Shown: piece by piece, positions 9,542-19,981 of the stretch | Position numbering within the stretch: the stretch's first letter is position 1 | Layout of the letters: every line of letters begins with the position of its first letter | Source: an uncultured virus (IMG/VR IMGVR_UViG_3300036715_002448) | Lineage: Duplodnaviria > Heunggongvirae > Uroviricota > Caudoviricetes | Length of the DNA stretch: 64,000 bases | Strand: one strand, 5' to 3' | Virus record (IMG/VR): IMGVR_UViG_3300036715_002448 | Location: 30,164-94,163 of that record | Notes under the pieces: generated by a model | Told to the model about the DNA's origin: nothing | Seen by the model: only the letters and a program-made list of their open reading frames with translations | Databases searched by the model: none | Program-made: the position numbers and the translations under genes

Positions 9542-11404
9542 CTAAAAATTAATCAATTTGTCTTTGCGTAAATTTGAATTGTCACCAAACCAAATATCTA
9601 ATGATTCTGAAGATTGTTTGTCTGCTGTAAGTTTTAACAAAAATGGATTTTCAATTATTTCTTCGTACTCTGTATCTTCTAAAGCTGCAAGTCCTTTCTT
9701 ATATTCTATGCTCCATTTTGTAGTTTGTGTTTTACTTGCCCATTCTTCGAAATCTTGCATAGTATAAAAATTTAACGAATCTTTTTTGTTTTTTGCTACT
9801 ACAAGAGGAGTCATAACTTTATAAATCCTACCATCAGTAAACAATTCCGGCCAAAATTTGTAAAAGAAATTAGTAAGCAAAGAAGCGATAGAAGTGCCAT
9901 CTGGATCTGCATCTACGTAAAACAAAATCCTACCATATCTTAAATTTTCTGCTTTTTCACCAAATTTTAATCCTAAAGCACCCATTAAATTTTTAACTTC
10001 TTCATTTTTGATAATGTCGGTTGTTTTCATTTCATTAACATTCAAAAATTTACCACGTAATGGGAAAGCACCAAACAAATTAGGTTCCCTACATTTTCTA
10101 ACAGCCGAAAGAGCTGAATCCCCCTCAAATAAACCTAAAGAACATTGCTCCCTATGTGTTCTTGCTTTAGCATCTATAAGTTTTAGGATTTTTACATTAC
10201 TTACATCCTTGTTCAATTTTCTAATTTTTGAATTCAAGTCTGCTTCTTGTTTTCTTTGAATCCAATCTAAGATAGAAGCAACAACTTCAGATGCAAATAT
10301 ATTTTTAATAAGTTTATCAGAAACCTCATGAGAAGAACCAAAGTCTTTAGGTTCGGTAATAAGTTTTTCTTTAGTTTGCGAACTAAATGATGGGTTAATG
10401 ATTGTACAATTAACAAAAAGCATTATGTGATTTTTTATATCACCAGGTTTTATTTCAACTTTGTGTTTTTTCTTTATCAAAAATCGTAATTTTTCTACTA
10501 TTTGATTAGTTATATGTGAAACATGAGTACCTCCATCTTTAGTTTCATTAGAATTAACAAATGAAATTGTTTCGTATCCTGCTGCGGAATATCCTACTGC
10601 TACTTCCCAATTTTCAGAACGTTCTGTCCAAGTAGTAACAGTACTTCCATCCTCTGGATTATTAACATAAAGGTCGGCATATTCTTTAAAGGATTTAAAT
10701 CTAAACCTTTCATCGTTAAATGTTATTTTCAATTCAACATTACATGCAGCTATATCAAGCACTCTTTTCTTTAATAACAAATAATGGTCTTCATCTATTT
10801 TAGAAAGACCAAAGTATTTGAAGTCAGGAACATAAGATATTTCTGTAAAGTTTTTTGACGACTCTGTAATTTTAACAGCCGACCTATGAGACATGTTATC
10901 TGAAAACGTTTGTAAAAATTGTTTTTGGCCATCTGCTGTTTTAACAATGAATGTTTTAGAAAATATATTTGTTAATGTACTTCCTAATCCATTTGTTCCT
11001 GCTACAACTCTATCTTCACTATCGTCAAAATTAGAACCAGAACGAAGTTGTGAAAATATTAATTCCGGGATCCATTTTTTGTGTTGGGTATGTTGTATAA
11101 CAGGAATTCCACCATTATCCTTAACAGTAATGGTGTCATCGGTAACAGATACTACAATAGTGTTTAGATTCTTATTTCTTTTTGACTCATCTACTGCATT
11201 TGTAAGAATTTCATCAAAAATTTTAAGAAAAGCAGGATTATAAGTTACTGATTTTCTTTGAATTTTATTATTTTCATATACAAATTCATCGGATGTTTGT
11301 TGTTTTGTAGAGCCTATGTAAGTTGAAGGACGGTGTAATACGTGCTCTACGTCGGTTAAAACCTTGTATTTGCTTGATACTTCTTTTGCTACTTCTTTAG
11401 ACAT
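9542..11404 (-). CDS. gp39: DNA topoisomerase II large subunit (gp39+60, ATPase + TOPRIM)
   Basis: EHVLHRPSTYIGS, DEILTNAVDE, DNGGIP, GTNGLGS, EGDSA, PLRGK, DADPDG, KGL. Confidence 0.95.
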   Translation of the reverse strand: MSKEVAKEVSSKYKVLTDVEHVLHRPSTYIGSTKQQTSDEFVYENNKIQRKSVTYNPAFLKIFDEILTNAVDESKRNKNLNTIVVSVTDDTITVKDNGGIPVIQHTQHKKWIPELIFSQLRSGSNFDDSEDRVVAGTNGLGSTLTNIFSKTFIVKTADGQKQFLQTFSDNMSHRSAVKITESSKNFTEISYVPDFKYFGLSKIDEDHYLLLKKRVLDIAACNVELKITFNDERFRFKSFKEYADLYVNNPEDGSTVTTWTERSENWEVAVGYSAAGYETISFVNSNETKDGGTHVSHITNQIVEKLRFLIKKKHKVEIKPGDIKNHIMLFVNCTIINPSFSSQTKEKLITEPKDFGSSHEVSDKLIKNIFASEVVASILDWIQRKQEADLNSKIRKLNKDVSNVKILKLIDAKARTHREQCSLGLFEGDSALSAVRKCREPNLFGAFPLRGKFLNVNEMKTTDIIKNEEVKNLMGALGLKFGEKAENLRYGRILFYVDADPDGTSIASLLTNFFYKFWPELFTDGRIYKVMTPLVVAKNKKDSLNFYTMQDFEEWASKTQTTKWSIEYKKGLAALEDTEYEEIIENPFLLKLTADKQSSESLDIWFGDNSNLRKDKLINF

Positions 11405-11426
11405 TTATGCTTTATTTTTCTTAAAG

Positions 11427-11454
11427 ATTATATGAGTATTAATTTAAAAAGTTT
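11427..11454 (-). promoter_or_regulatory. Class B promoter motif AAACWWW-N13-CATATAAY (also 26760-26787, 55758-55785, 62798-62825)
   Basis: Same bipartite motif with identical 13-nt spacer, 22-27 nt upstream of gp39, gp44, gp41-N and gp45. Confidence 0.7.
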
Positions 11455-11535
11455 TATAATTGACTTTGAACAAGTTGTATTCATTTTTTATTTTTAGTTT
11501 GAATAGTATAAATATAAACAAAAAAATTGACATAA

Positions 11536-11568
11536 AAAAATCCTGATAGTACTATTATCAGGATTTTT
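11536..11568. terminator. Intrinsic terminator-like hairpin
   Basis: aaaaatcctgata-N7-tatcaggattttt. Confidence 0.75.
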
Positions 11569-11640
11569 CAATATTTAACTTATTTTATAAATTCCGTATT
11601 AAGATCAATTTAGGTATGTTTTTAAAAAAATATTTGCATT

Positions 11641-11667
11641 AAAAATTCCAGCAGTTTATACTAGAAT
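11641..11667 (-). terminator. Terminator after tail tube gene
   Basis: Minus strand ATTCTAGTA-taaac-TGCTGGAAT (G-U pairs) followed by TTTT. Confidence 0.55.
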
Positions 11668-11699
11668 CTTTGTATTACATGAAATATTAGTAGGAAATA

Positions 11700-12272
11700 T
11701 TAAACTATGTTTTCTTCCCACCAGTCAGAAGAGAATCCTACTTCAAAATCTTTTATAATTTCTCCACTTTCATAGTCTCCTTTAATTTCAGGAAGTGTTC
11801 CTAATGGTATAATAGCATGGAAAGTTCTTTGCCAGAAAATATCTCCTTTACGATTATAGTTTGTTACAATAATAGCAGCGTCGCCGCTATAATCTTTTTT
11901 CAAACCTTGTTCTCCTGTTAAAGGATTGTATGCTAATCTCCACCAGTTACGTAAAATTTTGTATACATAAAACTCATTTGCATCATTAAGATTAAGGTTA
12001 AAACCAATCTTAATTTCTTTAGTTGTTGTATCTTCAGGTCCTGATTTAAGATAAGTACGTTTAGCAAATTTATATGCTTGGGTTTCTGTTTCAAGTCCTT
12101 TGTCCATATCAAGTCCTTCTATTTTAGTAACGTGCTCTAAAATAACATCAGATCCAGCTCTAATTGCAGAAGGTAGTATAAGTTTTACTTCGAATAAGTT
12201 ACCATAAATTGGTTCTTCGTTTTTCATTGAAGCCTTACTACTTCTATAGTGAGGTAATCCTGTTTGTGCCAT
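11700..12272 (-). CDS. gp19: Tail tube protein
   Basis: NLFEV, WWRLAYNPLTGEQGLKKDY, FSSDWWEE; directly after sheath gene. Confidence 0.85.
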   Translation of the reverse strand: MAQTGLPHYRSSKASMKNEEPIYGNLFEVKLILPSAIRAGSDVILEHVTKIEGLDMDKGLETETQAYKFAKRTYLKSGPEDTTTKEIKIGFNLNLNDANEFYVYKILRNWWRLAYNPLTGEQGLKKDYSGDAAIIVTNYNRKGDIFWQRTFHAIIPLGTLPEIKGDYESGEIIKDFEVGFSSDWWEENIV

Positions 12273-12291
12273 ATTTTTATCTATGTTTTTA

Positions 12292-12302
12292 TTTTATATA
12301 TC
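12292..12302 (-). promoter_or_regulatory. Class A (late-type) promoter motif GATATATAAA(A/T)A, representative copy
   Basis: Other copies at 6701-6712, 8941-8951, 15587-15597, 18705-18716, 22325-22336, 33788-33799, 39406-39416, 41137-41148, 42744-42755, 46823-46834, 47699-47710, 50772-50783, 58825-58835, 61249-61260; variants at 34434-34443, 36234-36242, 54998-55006; many contain the T4 late element TATAAATA. Confidence 0.8.
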
Positions 12303-12312
12303 AAAACTTTTT

Positions 12313-12349
12313 TAAATTAGTACCTTCATTTTAGAAGGTACCAATTTTA
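12313..12349. terminator. Hairpin between sheath and tube genes
   Basis: taaattagtaccttc-atttta-gaaggtaccaatttta. Confidence 0.55.
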
Positions 12350-12350
12350 T

Positions 12351-15300
12351 TTAGTAAAGGCCTGTGGATATTTGACCTGTTTTAAGAATGGTTGTTCTAT
12401 GAACTAAAATTCCTAAACCTTGAACTGGTTCAATGTATGTGTCAAGTATACCATAGTGAGCTTGAATAATTTCGTTTGTATTATTTGTAGTGTCCATTAC
12501 ATTTGAATAACTATAAACTCCGCCATCAGAAAGTACTTGTGCCATGAAATTATCCGCAAGTGTTTTAATTTCTAAACGTACTTGGGCGGTATTGTATTCC
12601 CAACGATAATTTTTCAATATTCCTTCAATTTGGTCTTGTATGTAAATAAGTAATTCTCTTACATGTGCTTGAGAAAGAGCTGATTGTACATTTTGTTGAC
12701 CGGTTTGGTTAGCATTAATTACTAAACCAAATCCTTTTTTGTTAACTATTGCATTATAACCAAATGGTTCAATATAGTCAAGGTCTTGTTTGTCAAAGTT
12801 ATATTCAACACCTGCTAATCCATTACCAGAAACAACTCCTCTACGAGGACCAGCTATAATAGCATATGGATTTCCTTGATTATTTTTTTCAATAAACAAG
12901 TTAGAAACATGTGCTGCAGGTGGAATTGAAACATTTGTTCCAGCTTCTCTAATAATTAAATTAGGACCATACCAAGCCCCATAATTAGAACCTTCATCGA
13001 TTGTTGGTAAACTAAATACATTAGAAGGATTCAAATCAAGATTTCCACCTTGTGCAATATAATAAGTGTTAAACAATGAAGTAGAATTTGCTTTGAAAAG
13101 AGGATTAACACTTTCTTTAAATTGTTTTACAGATGGCATATTTAAAATTGCAAATACTGAGCCGCGATTTTTAGCAAGAGTAGTTAATCTAGATTTTGAA
13201 CTGCGTTCAATAGTACCTTCGAAACTATCTACAATATAACGGAATGATATGATTTCTCTATCAGTTAAAGCTTGTGCAATATTTGTATTGTACATTACAT
13301 CTAAAATTTCATTTTGACGGTCAAGTGTACCATTTGGTATTTGAGCATCTCTTAAAGTATAACCATTAAGATTAAAGAATGTATAATTTTGAGCAAAATC
13401 TTTAATATCTTTGTATCTTTGAATTTCCCAGTTACTATCAACATAAATAGGTTCGTTAGTTGTTACTTTAATAAATCCATAAGTTGGAGATAACGGATTA
13501 GTGTCATTAATAACAGAAGTTATTTTTGTCAATCTAGATTTTCCATTTATAGGAGAAATACTAGTTGCACCGGTTCCACCGAAATTTACTACAAGATATT
13601 GTCCTTTAACAAGACGTCCCGTAAAACCATCTTGGCCAAAAGGTCCATTAGGAGTATTATCTAACCAAACTATATTTGTTGGATTAGCTGGCGTTAAATT
13701 AGAAGATACTTTAAATTTTTCATTTATATCACCTGTTAAAGTTTTAATCAATACAACACCGCCGTTAAGATTTCCACTTAATGCATTTAAGGTTACATAA
13801 TTTATTTTTTTATTCAATTTAACATTTGTTAATCCTGAACCAATAACACCAAATAAATCATTTGTAAATGTTTTAGTAAAAGAAACAATACTTGTTGAGT
13901 CACCAGCCGCTCCTGTTACTATTTTATCACCATCTGTTATTAATCCTGATTGATAGTCAGCAAACAAGTCAGAGTCTGGACCTGCAAAAACATAATTATT
14001 TCCAGAAGCACCTATAATCCAATTCATATCTGATATAACTTTAAGGCTTCCTGTAGAACCGCTTGAAATAGCATCAATTTTATAAAAACCATCTACTAAA
14101 GAATTAACAGGACCAGCAATTCCTGAATTTGCATCAAGTGCAAGTTTAATTCCTAATAAAACAGTTTGTCCTGTCGCATCATACGTTTTAGTAACAATTT
14201 CAGAATAATTAACGGTAGAAGTAACACCTACAGCTACAGTTGGTAAATAAGTTTTACCAATTTGTAATGTATTTACCCAATTTTCAAAATCTGAAACAGT
14301 AGCAAATGCGCTTACATAACCTGCAGGTTTGTCGGCACTAGGTCCATAAACAGTCAAAGTATCATAACAACCCGGAACATATCCATTAGCACTTTGCATA
14401 GCTGCTGAAGATCTTAAAAGACCATTAGCAGCAACCCCGGAAGTACCACTAACGATAAAAGACATTGTGTTATTTGCAGCAGATGAATATTTCATATAAC
14501 TAATAGTTTCTACAATAGAACCAGAATAAGACAAGAAATTAACGGAAGTAGGTTGTTTCGAATTCATAGAATGTCCTACTAAGTCAATTAAGTCCCCGGA
14601 TAAAAATCTTTGTTTACCTGCAAAAGTTACAGGTTGTTCATCAAACACCGATTTGTTAATAGAAATAAGTAATCCGGTTTTTGGTGTTTCTAGATTGACA
14701 ATATCTTCAATAAATAAATTATTACCAACTTTATCAGAAGTTTCTGGGATTAAGCATCCTGTATAAACTCCTGCTATAGAAACTTGTGGTAAATTTAAGA
14801 AAGAAACTAATCCATCTTTTTGATTTCCATAAGCATCTATATAGATTTTTTTAAGACCATTATTATCAAAATAAGGACCAAAAATAGGGTCAATTGATAA
14901 GCTAGTGTAGTTAGAATAGTCACCGTCTAATACAATAACATCAATCATATAATCTGATATGTAGTCATTTTCATTTAAGAATACAGGAACCTTTCCATTA
15001 CCATACCATTCTTTAGCTGTAATATCAAATCCAATTGCATCAGATTTACGAATAATAACAGAAAGTTGTTTTCTACCGATATTTGCAATCGTAATTAATT
15101 TTTGGTTTGCTACACTTTGATAGTCAGAATTAGCTGCGGTGTCTTGCAAAGCTTCTGCATTTGCATACCAAAATTTATCTTTATTAAAGAATCCAGAAAC
15201 TGGTGCTAATACTGCAGGTGAATTAGCTTCTGTAGATGAACTTGAAATAGATTGGAATTGAGATTTATCAATATTGTCATCTAAGTTAAGTAAATTAAGA

Positions 15301-15569
15301 GCAATAATAGGGCCTTTTGTTAAACAAGTCAAGGCTGTTCTGTGGAAAAATGAACCTTTTCTTTCAAGAGAAGTATCACGATCTCCGTAAACAGAAGTGA
15401 AAAAATCTGTATCTGCGCAATATAATGGAGTGTTAAAAACTCCTTTTTTAGAGAACCCAATTACCAAACGAGTTGTTTGAGAAGGCACACTAATAGTTTG
15501 TGATTTGTCGAAAGTAAGACGGTACACACCGCTACTAACAAACTGTTTTAATGATGGAGATATTGCCAT
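12351..15569 (-). CDS. gp18: Tail sheath protein with a large internal insertion
   Basis: SSGVYRLTFDKS, GFSKKGVFNTP, IPPAAHVS, AGPRRG, HVRELLIYI, WEYNTAQVR. Confidence 0.9.
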   Translation of the reverse strand: MAISPSLKQFVSSGVYRLTFDKSQTISVPSQTTRLVIGFSKKGVFNTPLYCADTDFFTSVYGDRDTSLERKGSFFHRTALTCLTKGPIIALNLLNLDDNIDKSQFQSISSSSTEANSPAVLAPVSGFFNKDKFWYANAEALQDTAANSDYQSVANQKLITIANIGRKQLSVIIRKSDAIGFDITAKEWYGNGKVPVFLNENDYISDYMIDVIVLDGDYSNYTSLSIDPIFGPYFDNNGLKKIYIDAYGNQKDGLVSFLNLPQVSIAGVYTGCLIPETSDKVGNNLFIEDIVNLETPKTGLLISINKSVFDEQPVTFAGKQRFLSGDLIDLVGHSMNSKQPTSVNFLSYSGSIVETISYMKYSSAANNTMSFIVSGTSGVAANGLLRSSAAMQSANGYVPGCYDTLTVYGPSADKPAGYVSAFATVSDFENWVNTLQIGKTYLPTVAVGVTSTVNYSEIVTKTYDATGQTVLLGIKLALDANSGIAGPVNSLVDGFYKIDAISSGSTGSLKVISDMNWIIGASGNNYVFAGPDSDLFADYQSGLITDGDKIVTGAAGDSTSIVSFTKTFTNDLFGVIGSGLTNVKLNKKINYVTLNALSGNLNGGVVLIKTLTGDINEKFKVSSNLTPANPTNIVWLDNTPNGPFGQDGFTGRLVKGQYLVVNFGGTGATSISPINGKSRLTKITSVINDTNPLSPTYGFIKVTTNEPIYVDSNWEIQRYKDIKDFAQNYTFFNLNGYTLRDAQIPNGTLDRQNEILDVMYNTNIAQALTDREIISFRYIVDSFEGTIERSSKSRLTTLAKNRGSVFAILNMPSVKQFKESVNPLFKANSTSLFNTYYIAQGGNLDLNPSNVFSLPTIDEGSNYGAWYGPNLIIREAGTNVSIPPAAHVSNLFIEKNNQGNPYAIIAGPRRGVVSGNGLAGVEYNFDKQDLDYIEPFGYNAIVNKKGFGLVINANQTGQQNVQSALSQAHVRELLIYIQDQIEGILKNYRWEYNTAQVRLEIKTLADNFMAQVLSDGGVYSYSNVMDTTNNTNEIIQAHYGILDTYIEPVQGLGILVHRTTILKTGQISTGLY

Positions 15570-15607
15570 ATTTTTATTTAGTTTTATTTTATATATCTTT
15601 TTGATTT

Positions 15608-17491
15608 TTAAAAAATGTCATATATGTCTTCTACTTTTTCTCCATCTTCATAAGTTTCATAAATTTCATCTATTAATTTCTGTTTATCAGGATCTAATAA
15701 GTCAAAAAATTCTTCTACAATTTCTTCAAAGTCATTTGTTTCCAAGATTGCTGCCGCGGTTATAGAACTCATAAAAAGGTCATCATGACCTGCCTGTGCA
15801 GAATAGGTTCCATTTGGATTTCTTGAAAACATTTTAGCCTCATCTACTGTGTTCGTTTCTAATAATTGCATCCTTCCATTACCTATACATTCTCTTAAAA
15901 ATTCTGAATATAGTATTTTGTTTTCTTTTCCATAACGAATTCCTATAGATTTATGAATAGAAGTTACTCTATGTTTGAATTTAACAAAAGTTTCTTCATC
16001 AAAATCGTTTTTATGTGGATATAAAGTGATAAGATTTTTAACAAGTTCAGATCCATAAGTGTTATATTCTAACATTATTCGGATATTTTCTTGATTAAAA
16101 ATATTTACAGATAACTCATAAAGAATTTTTGCATAATCTTCACCACTAATTAAATTATTTCTAAAAACTCCAATTTGCTTTAATCCGAAAAATTTAGAAA
16201 AATTAGCCGCATTTTTGATATTCAAAATGTCACTATTTTCTAATGTAACAACTTCGAATATGTTAATAACAGAATAGTCACGTCCAACTCCTTCAGCTAA
16301 ATCAACTGAAAATACATAAAAATTAGGGGAATTGAAAAAATCATCTACATCAACATCAGGATCCCACTTTAAATTAGAATAATCTACATATATATCATCT
16401 AATGCATCAAATTCTCTAAATACAAAATCTTTTTTATTCCTATCTAAACGTAAAATTTGTTCAGCATTAAGCAATAATGAAGATGATGAAAGAAATTGGC
16501 AACCATATTGTTTGTTAAATTCTTCTTCTGACCCCAAATTGGCTATTTCACGTGCTTTCCAAGCTTCATCTCTACCTGGAACCTGCCACCAATCTACTCT
16601 TAACGGTTTATATTCGTTCATTCCGTCCAATGCATCTTGGAACAAGTCATGAAATAAATCATATCCATTAGGAGTTGATGAAATAATTACCCTTGATACT
16701 TTTGAAGAAGAAAGTGTAGGATAAATATTACCATAAAAAGGCCTTTTAATATTTTCTTGAATATGAGCAAACTCATCCAAGAATAATAAATGAATAGTAA
16801 AACTAATACCAGAAGTTTTTGTAGTGTTTTGTGTTATAATACGACATTTGTTATCAAATATCATAGTACCTACATCTTTTTTCATTATACCTGGTTTTAA
16901 GAAAAATGGAAGGCCTTCAATAATATTTCTAATTTTGTCCATAATTTCTTTTGTAGTAGCACCCTTATTCGCAATAAGTAGTGCATTTTTTTCAAATTGA
17001 AATAATGTAAACCAAATTAAAAAAATAGATGAAGTAATTGTATTATGGGAAAGTATATCATTAGTCCAATATCTGTGATCGTCTGAATTAACAGTTAAAT
17101 CAAACATTGCAACTTTTTTATTGTATTTTTCTAAAGAAGTAATAGTGGAAATTCCAGATTTTGTTATAATAGTAGACCCTATTTGAAGATCTTTAACAAA
17201 AACCTCTTTGTAATTTTTATCAAAAACTATGTGATTATCAGCACATTCTAAAAACTTACCACAGGAAGTTTTTAATTTATATATGGTGTATGGTTGTGTT
17301 TGATGTATGTTTGTAGCTGGTTGCCATCCTGAGTCAGTGTCGACAAAATAACCATCTAACTCAACAGTGTTTTGGATTTTTTTAGTTATGTCATCTTCAT
17401 CTAGTTTAGAATTTCTAAATTCATATTTTTCAATTAATTGTATAATTAATAATATAAAAAAAATTAATGGTCTTTTAAAAATTGTAAACAT
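15608..17491 (-). CDS. gp17: Split-intein C fragment (150 aa) + C-terminal part of terminase large subunit
   Basis: CADNH..FDLTV..HRYWTNDILSHN|TITSS, Walker B LFLDEFAH, SSTPNG, DLAEGVGRDYS, GHDDL. Confidence 0.95.
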   Translation of the reverse strand: MFTIFKRPLIFFILLIIQLIEKYEFRNSKLDEDDITKKIQNTVELDGYFVDTDSGWQPATNIHQTQPYTIYKLKTSCGKFLECADNHIVFDKNYKEVFVKDLQIGSTIITKSGISTITSLEKYNKKVAMFDLTVNSDDHRYWTNDILSHNTITSSIFLIWFTLFQFEKNALLIANKGATTKEIMDKIRNIIEGLPFFLKPGIMKKDVGTMIFDNKCRIITQNTTKTSGISFTIHLLFLDEFAHIQENIKRPFYGNIYPTLSSSKVSRVIISSTPNGYDLFHDLFQDALDGMNEYKPLRVDWWQVPGRDEAWKAREIANLGSEEEFNKQYGCQFLSSSSLLLNAEQILRLDRNKKDFVFREFDALDDIYVDYSNLKWDPDVDVDDFFNSPNFYVFSVDLAEGVGRDYSVINIFEVVTLENSDILNIKNAANFSKFFGLKQIGVFRNNLISGEDYAKILYELSVNIFNQENIRIMLEYNTYGSELVKNLITLYPHKNDFDEETFVKFKHRVTSIHKSIGIRYGKENKILYSEFLRECIGNGRMQLLETNTVDEAKMFSRNPNGTYSAQAGHDDLFMSSITAAAILETNDFEEIVEEFFDLLDPDKQKLIDEIYETYEDGEKVEDIYDIF

Positions 17492-18925
17492 GTGTTTATT
17501 ACATTATTTTTGTTTTGTTTTATATCGTTTTCCCAAACTTCTAAAACTTCAAATCCTTTAGAATTTGCAAATTCTATTTTTTGTTTATCATAATTCCATT
17601 TTTCCTGAGCAGTCATTTTTAAATTTTTATTATAATAATCAGCTTTATATTTTATTGGATTGCAGTGCCAATAGTCTCCATTAATTTCTATAATTTTTTT
17701 ACCAACTTTAAAATCAAACCCTATCCATTTTCCATGTTCTTCATCAAAAATTTCAAATTCATTTTCATAGCAAATTGCATCAGGATAAATTTTCAAAAGT
17801 TCACTAATAACAGTTTTTGACATGTTTGAAATTCTTGTTGAATTAATCTTTTTAGGTTTTCTAGAAAATTCACCATTTTTGTATTTTTCTTCAATCTTAG
17901 CCGACCATTTAGAATTTCTATCATTAAATCTTTTAGTTCCTTCAATTTCTCCTAGTTTAGCAATACATTTTTCTAAAGTAAATGTTTTTTGTCTTTCTGA
18001 TATTTTTTGTTTTGCTTCATCTTCCGAAAATCCTTTATTTAACCAGTATCTTTTTTGATTAGGATTAACAATATCAAATGTTTTTAAAAAATTATCTCTA
18101 TCTGTGTCATTTTTATATTTTTTAAATTTTTTTGAAAATGGACTTATAGACTGTCTTTGTTCTAAAGTTGTTTTTGATTTATGATTGTTATTCATTTCGC
18201 CAGTTCTATTAAATGATAGTCTTTTACTTTCATTTTTAGATACTATTAAAGAATTTGGATATTTTAATTTATATTTTTCAGTTGTCCAGTTGTCATGTCT
18301 TTGTAAATGAGAAAAAATTGATTTTGTAGCAACTCCGCAAATTTCACATTTAATATAATCATCAGGATATTTAATCAAAAGTTCTTTAGACTTTTCTAAT
18401 TCTATTAATTTTTTTTTAAGTTCTTTTTCTTTAGTATCATTTTTTCTACAATTGGATGAACAATATATTGCGTAACTTTTACCAAAAAAACTAGGTTCAT
18501 TGTCGCACATTTTACATTTTACAGTAGACGTTAAATTATTTTTTACATAGAAATATCTTTTTCTAATACTTGAATTAATAGGTAAAAATGATGTTAAATA
18601 GATTAGTTCATTTAACTCATTTTTGGATATTCTTGAAAATATATTACAAGATTTAGATTTTAAAATTTTTTCTTTTATGTCCATTTTGATATAAATTTGT
18701 ATTTTATTTATATATCTTTATGGATGCAAAGTTTTATGTTCTACAAGACAATTTAGTAAAAAAAGTGTATTATTTTTCTAGAATTTCTAGAATTTTATAT
18801 AATTTAACTTTTATTTTACCTAAAATAGATGGACTAATTGCACTATAATAAAAATCACCTATTGTAGTATCTTTAATTTCTCCATTAGGATATTTTATTT
18901 TAATTTTGCTATTATAAAAGGTACA
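17042..18925 (-). mobile_element. Atypically split intein + nested endonuclease cassette in terminase (IntN 18773-18925, IntC 17042-17491)
   Basis: Inserted in Walker A APRQCGK|T; Cys1, terminal HN, Thr+1. Confidence 0.9.
17464..18684 (-). CDS. Free-standing Vsr-like/EDxHD homing endonuclease nested in terminase
   Basis: Zn-finger N-terminus, YWLNKGFSEDEAK repeat, FDFKVGKKIIEINGDYWHCNP, VLEVWEND. Confidence 0.87.
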   Translation of the reverse strand: MDIKEKILKSKSCNIFSRISKNELNELIYLTSFLPINSSIRKRYFYVKNNLTSTVKCKMCDNEPSFFGKSYAIYCSSNCRKNDTKEKELKKKLIELEKSKELLIKYPDDYIKCEICGVATKSIFSHLQRHDNWTTEKYKLKYPNSLIVSKNESKRLSFNRTGEMNNNHKSKTTLEQRQSISPFSKKFKKYKNDTDRDNFLKTFDIVNPNQKRYWLNKGFSEDEAKQKISERQKTFTLEKCIAKLGEIEGTKRFNDRNSKWSAKIEEKYKNGEFSRKPKKINSTRISNMSKTVISELLKIYPDAICYENEFEIFDEEHGKWIGFDFKVGKKIIEINGDYWHCNPIKYKADYYNKNLKMTAQEKWNYDKQKIEFANSKGFEVLEVWENDIKQNKNNVINTCLQFLKDH

Positions 18926-19315
18926 CTTACCACATTGACGCGGGGCCATAAGAATATCCCATCTATTATGTTGAAATGTCCTAAGAATTTCCTCTTGGTA
19001 ATCACGGAGAGTAATTTGTTGATAACCATCATCAGTCATTACTTTACAATATGTATTTGCAAAATATACAATATCACGAGCACAATGCCTAAGTTCATCC
19101 AATTCAAATTGGCTATAATTAAATACTAATTGTCCTCGTCTAAAATTTTGGTCACCTTCATAAAAAGGATTATCTCTAGTGACATATCCTTCTTTCATCG
19201 CTAGTACAAGTTTATCAACTTTTTCAGTAGTCCATACTAGTTTATCTGCATTATCTAAGTTAATTTCTGTATCATCTTTTATTCCTGTGAATGAAGATGA
19301 TAGTGGATTTGCCAT
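18770..19315 (-). CDS. gp17: N-terminal 130 aa of terminase large subunit + split-intein N fragment (51 aa)
   Basis: CARDIVYFANTY, LRDYQEEIL, APRQCGK then CTFYNSKIKI. Confidence 0.93.
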   Translation of the reverse strand: MANPLSSSFTGIKDDTEINLDNADKLVWTTEKVDKLVLAMKEGYVTRDNPFYEGDQNFRRGQLVFNYSQFELDELRHCARDIVYFANTYCKVMTDDGYQQITLRDYQEEILRTFQHNRWDILMAPRQCGKCTFYNSKIKIKYPNGEIKDTTIGDFYYSAISPSILGKIKVKLYKILEILEK

Positions 19316-19330
19316 TTAAAGTTAATTATT

Positions 19331-19933
19331 TTATTCATCTTTTTCCTCGCCAAGCTCTTCTTGAATTTGTTGCATTAAATCACGGCTACCTCTAATAGTA
19401 ATACCATTATGGGATGAAATTTGCTTTGGACGAGATTGTCCGTTATCAGATTTATCATAGATGTCAATATCTCTTTTAAGCTTTTTCATCGATTCCTCTG
19501 TCGCAAGAATTTGAAGTGTTTGATGTTTCATAATATCAAGCATTGTACGTTGAAGCCCTGCCAAAACCTCGAACATACGAGGAGATGCATCCCCACCATC
19601 AATACTTACCATTAACAATGTAATAGCTCTATCAGCAATTTCCATTTGCTGGATTAATCCTGCCATGGTAGACGTTTCTATTTTTGCCCTAGCAGTTATA
19701 TAATCATTTTTGCTTATAAGTTCCTCGGAAAGGTAAAACTTCAACAAAGAATTCATCAAACTTTTAGCTTTATTAACTGACTTGGCTTTTATATCAACAT
19801 AATCAACTGGTTGTACAGTTTTAAATGTTGGCAATGAAGAATTCTTAGCCATTGGAAGTCCATCCGGTTCAAAATCATCTTGCAAAATAGAATCTAATGT
19901 TTCTTTTGCAATGTCTTGTTTAGTTATGTCCAT
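19331..19933 (-). CDS. Probable terminase small subunit (gp16-like)
   Basis: SPRMFEVLAGLQ motif, GSRDLMQQI tail; directly upstream of TerL. Confidence 0.65.
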   Translation of the reverse strand: MDITKQDIAKETLDSILQDDFEPDGLPMAKNSSLPTFKTVQPVDYVDIKAKSVNKAKSLMNSLLKFYLSEELISKNDYITARAKIETSTMAGLIQQMEIADRAITLLMVSIDGGDASPRMFEVLAGLQRTMLDIMKHQTLQILATEESMKKLKRDIDIYDKSDNGQSRPKQISSHNGITIRGSRDLMQQIQEELGEEKDE

Positions 19934-19981
19934 AATTTTTATTTAGTGTGCTAATCGTAGTATTCACGAAGTATTTATTAG

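Noticed and set aside
11405-11699. tRNA, ncRNA or origin in the largest intergenic gap
   Set aside because: Largely explained by two terminator hairpins and a class B promoter; no cloverleaf or iterons seen
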